From an uncultured Chloroflexia bacterium (GTDB taxonomy: Bacteria; Chloroflexota; Limnocylindria; Limnocylindrales; CSP1-4): 64,000 nt of DNA. The stretch spans positions 1 through 64,000 of the forward strand of contig CAWHXD010000008.1 in the NCBI GenBank assembly GCA_963833225.1. The letters are read 5' to 3'. The notes under the pieces were generated by a model. That model was not told the origin of the DNA and ran no database searches. It worked only from the letters and a program-made list of their open reading frames with translations. A program made the translations under genes and the position numbers. Below are positions 61,461-64,000 of the stretch, one piece after another. The number at the start of each line of letters is the position of its first letter. Position 1 is the stretch's first letter.

Positions 61461-62621
61461 GTGCCCGGCGCTTCCACCTTCGAGGTCCTCGTCCCGCCGC
61501 CCGCGGACGGGTCGACGCGCGCCCGCCTGGGCCGCCTGCGGCTGCCGCACGGGATCGTCGACACGCCGCAGTTCATGCCCGTCGGGACCAACGCGACGGT
61601 CAAGGCGCTCCATCCGGACGAGGTGTCGGCCGCGGGCGCCTCGATCCTCCTCGCCAACACCTACCACCTCTACCTTCGGCCCGGCCACGAGCGGATCCGG
61701 GACCTCGGTGGCCTGCACGCGTTCATGGGCTGGAGCGGACCGATCCTGACGGACTCCGGCGGCTACCAGGTGGTGAGCCTGGGGGACCTGCGGGTGATCG
61801 ACGACGGGGGCGTGACCTTCAAGAGCCATCTCGACGGGACCACCCACCGGTTCACGCCGGAGCACTCGATCGCGGTCCAGGAGGCGCTTGGGCCGGACAT
61901 CGCGGTGGCGTTCGACCAGCCCGTGTTCCCGAGCTCGCCGCAGGCGGTGGTCGAGGATGCCATGCGCCGCACCCACCACTGGGCGGAGCGCTCGCTGGCC
62001 GCGCACACGCGGACGGACCAGGCCCTGTTCGGGATCGTCCAGGGAGGCCTCGATCCGGCGCTGCGCGAGGCGTCGGCGCGGTTCATCACCTCGCTGCCGT
62101 TCGACGGCATCAACATCGGCGGACTGGCGGGCGACGAGACACCCGACGAGCGGAACGCGACCCTCGACGAAACCATGCCCTTCCTCGACGACGACCCGCG
62201 GCCGCGCTATCTCATGGGTCTCGGGTCGCCGCTGGACCTGCTCGAGGCCGTGCACCGGGGCGTGGACCTGTTCAATTCGGTGCTGCCGGCGCGCGTCGCG
62301 CGGAACGGCCAGCTGTGGATCCCGGGCGCGCGTCTGAACCTGCGCAACACGCAGTACATGGACGATCCGCGACCGGTCCAGGAGGGCTGCCCATGCCCGC
62401 TGTGCACGCGGTTCTCGAGGGCGTATCTGAGCCACCTGTTCCGGGCCAGGGAGATGCTCGCGTACCGGCTGGCGACTTGTCACAACCTGACCTTCACCCT
62501 AGACTTCATGGCCAGGATCCGCGCTGCGCTGCGCTCTGGAACCTTCCCCGTCGAGATGGCCGAATTGCGCTCCCGCGCCGTTCGCATGAGTGGCGGTGAA
62601 GTGGGCGCAAAGTCGGCGTGA
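61461..62621 (+). CDS. tgt: tRNA-guanine transglycosylase, variant active site
   Basis: [39 protein letters not shown], CxCxxC...H zinc site. Confidence 0.93.
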   Translation: MPGASTFEVLVPPPADGSTRARLGRLRLPHGIVDTPQFMPVGTNATVKALHPDEVSAAGASILLANTYHLYLRPGHERIRDLGGLHAFMGWSGPILTDSGGYQVVSLGDLRVIDDGGVTFKSHLDGTTHRFTPEHSIAVQEALGPDIAVAFDQPVFPSSPQAVVEDAMRRTHHWAERSLAAHTRTDQALFGIVQGGLDPALREASARFITSLPFDGINIGGLAGDETPDERNATLDETMPFLDDDPRPRYLMGLGSPLDLLEAVHRGVDLFNSVLPARVARNGQLWIPGARLNLRNTQYMDDPRPVQEGCPCPLCTRFSRAYLSHLFRAREMLAYRLATCHNLTFTLDFMARIRAALRSGTFPVEMAELRSRAVRMSGGEVGAKSA

Positions 62622-62663
62622 CATCCGGGTCGGTATCGTCAGCCACACATCGAGGTGGGGATT

Positions 62664-62825
62664 ATGGGATCTCGGGATCGCCCCTCCAAGGAAGCCAAGA
62701 AGAAGCCCAAGGAAAAGGCCTCCGGCCAACCCAAGCTCTCGTCGCTGTCCGACCTTCCGCAGCAGGCGGAAGTCATCAGGAAGCCACGCAAGCCGCGGTG
62801 GGACGAGGATTCGGGCGAAGGCTGA
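62664..62825 (+). CDS. small basic hypothetical protein (53 aa)
   Basis: [53 protein letters not shown]; GAGGTG SD; fills the tgt-recA gap; below the ORF-track cutoff. Confidence 0.65.
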   Translation: MGSRDRPSKEAKKKPKEKASGQPKLSSLSDLPQQAEVIRKPRKPRWDEDSGEG

Positions 62826-62895
62826 CGCACCGGGCGGACGGGGACCGGGTCCCGCTCCGTCGGGTCGGCCGAGGCCGCCAGGAGCGAGGACGCAG

Positions 62896-63969
<1,074 letters not shown>

Positions 63970-64000
63970 GCTCGCCGGGATCGGCGACCCACCGCCGATG

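Overview
High-GC (roughly 70%) bacterial chromosome segment. Gene content and protein style suggest a Chloroflexota genome, possibly Limnocylindria/Ellin6529-like; this is inference only. The left ~31 kb is accessory/metabolic: a partial helical ORF, a DUF5674 gene pair, split DUF1214/DUF1254 genes, an Aur1/PAP2-like enzyme, MFS transporters, GNATs, a 5'-nucleotidase, ettA, a sulfotransferase, HsmA/flavodoxin/DoxX genes, a CPBP protease, a CysRS-anticodon-domain/GT2 fusion, an SBP-peptidase MA-DUF881x2-DUF951-MFS-amidohydrolase cluster and RNA methyltransferases. The right ~33 kb is core: tRNA-Val(GAC), T-box-thrS, infC(ATC start)-rpmI-rplT, pheST, cvpA-mpg-mutS2, a class A PBP, tyrS, a his operon led by a YerC/HisR repressor with divergent hisA, EF-G2, and yebC-ruvC-ruvA-GT1-ruvB-tgt-small ORF-recA. 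About ten genes, including tyrS, carry frameshifts that most likely reflect long-read consensus errors. Most notable: (i) a glycosyltransferase fused to a tRNA anticodon-binding-like domain, together with a queA-less, eukaryote-like (V233G) TGT whose catalytic Asp reads as Asn; (ii) the DUF5674 two-gene module beside an Abi-alpha-like ORF; (iii) pervasive leaderless genes; (iv) unannotated regulatory and repeat elements. No CRISPR array, rRNA, transposase or integrase was seen. All family assignments are from motif recognition, not database searches.
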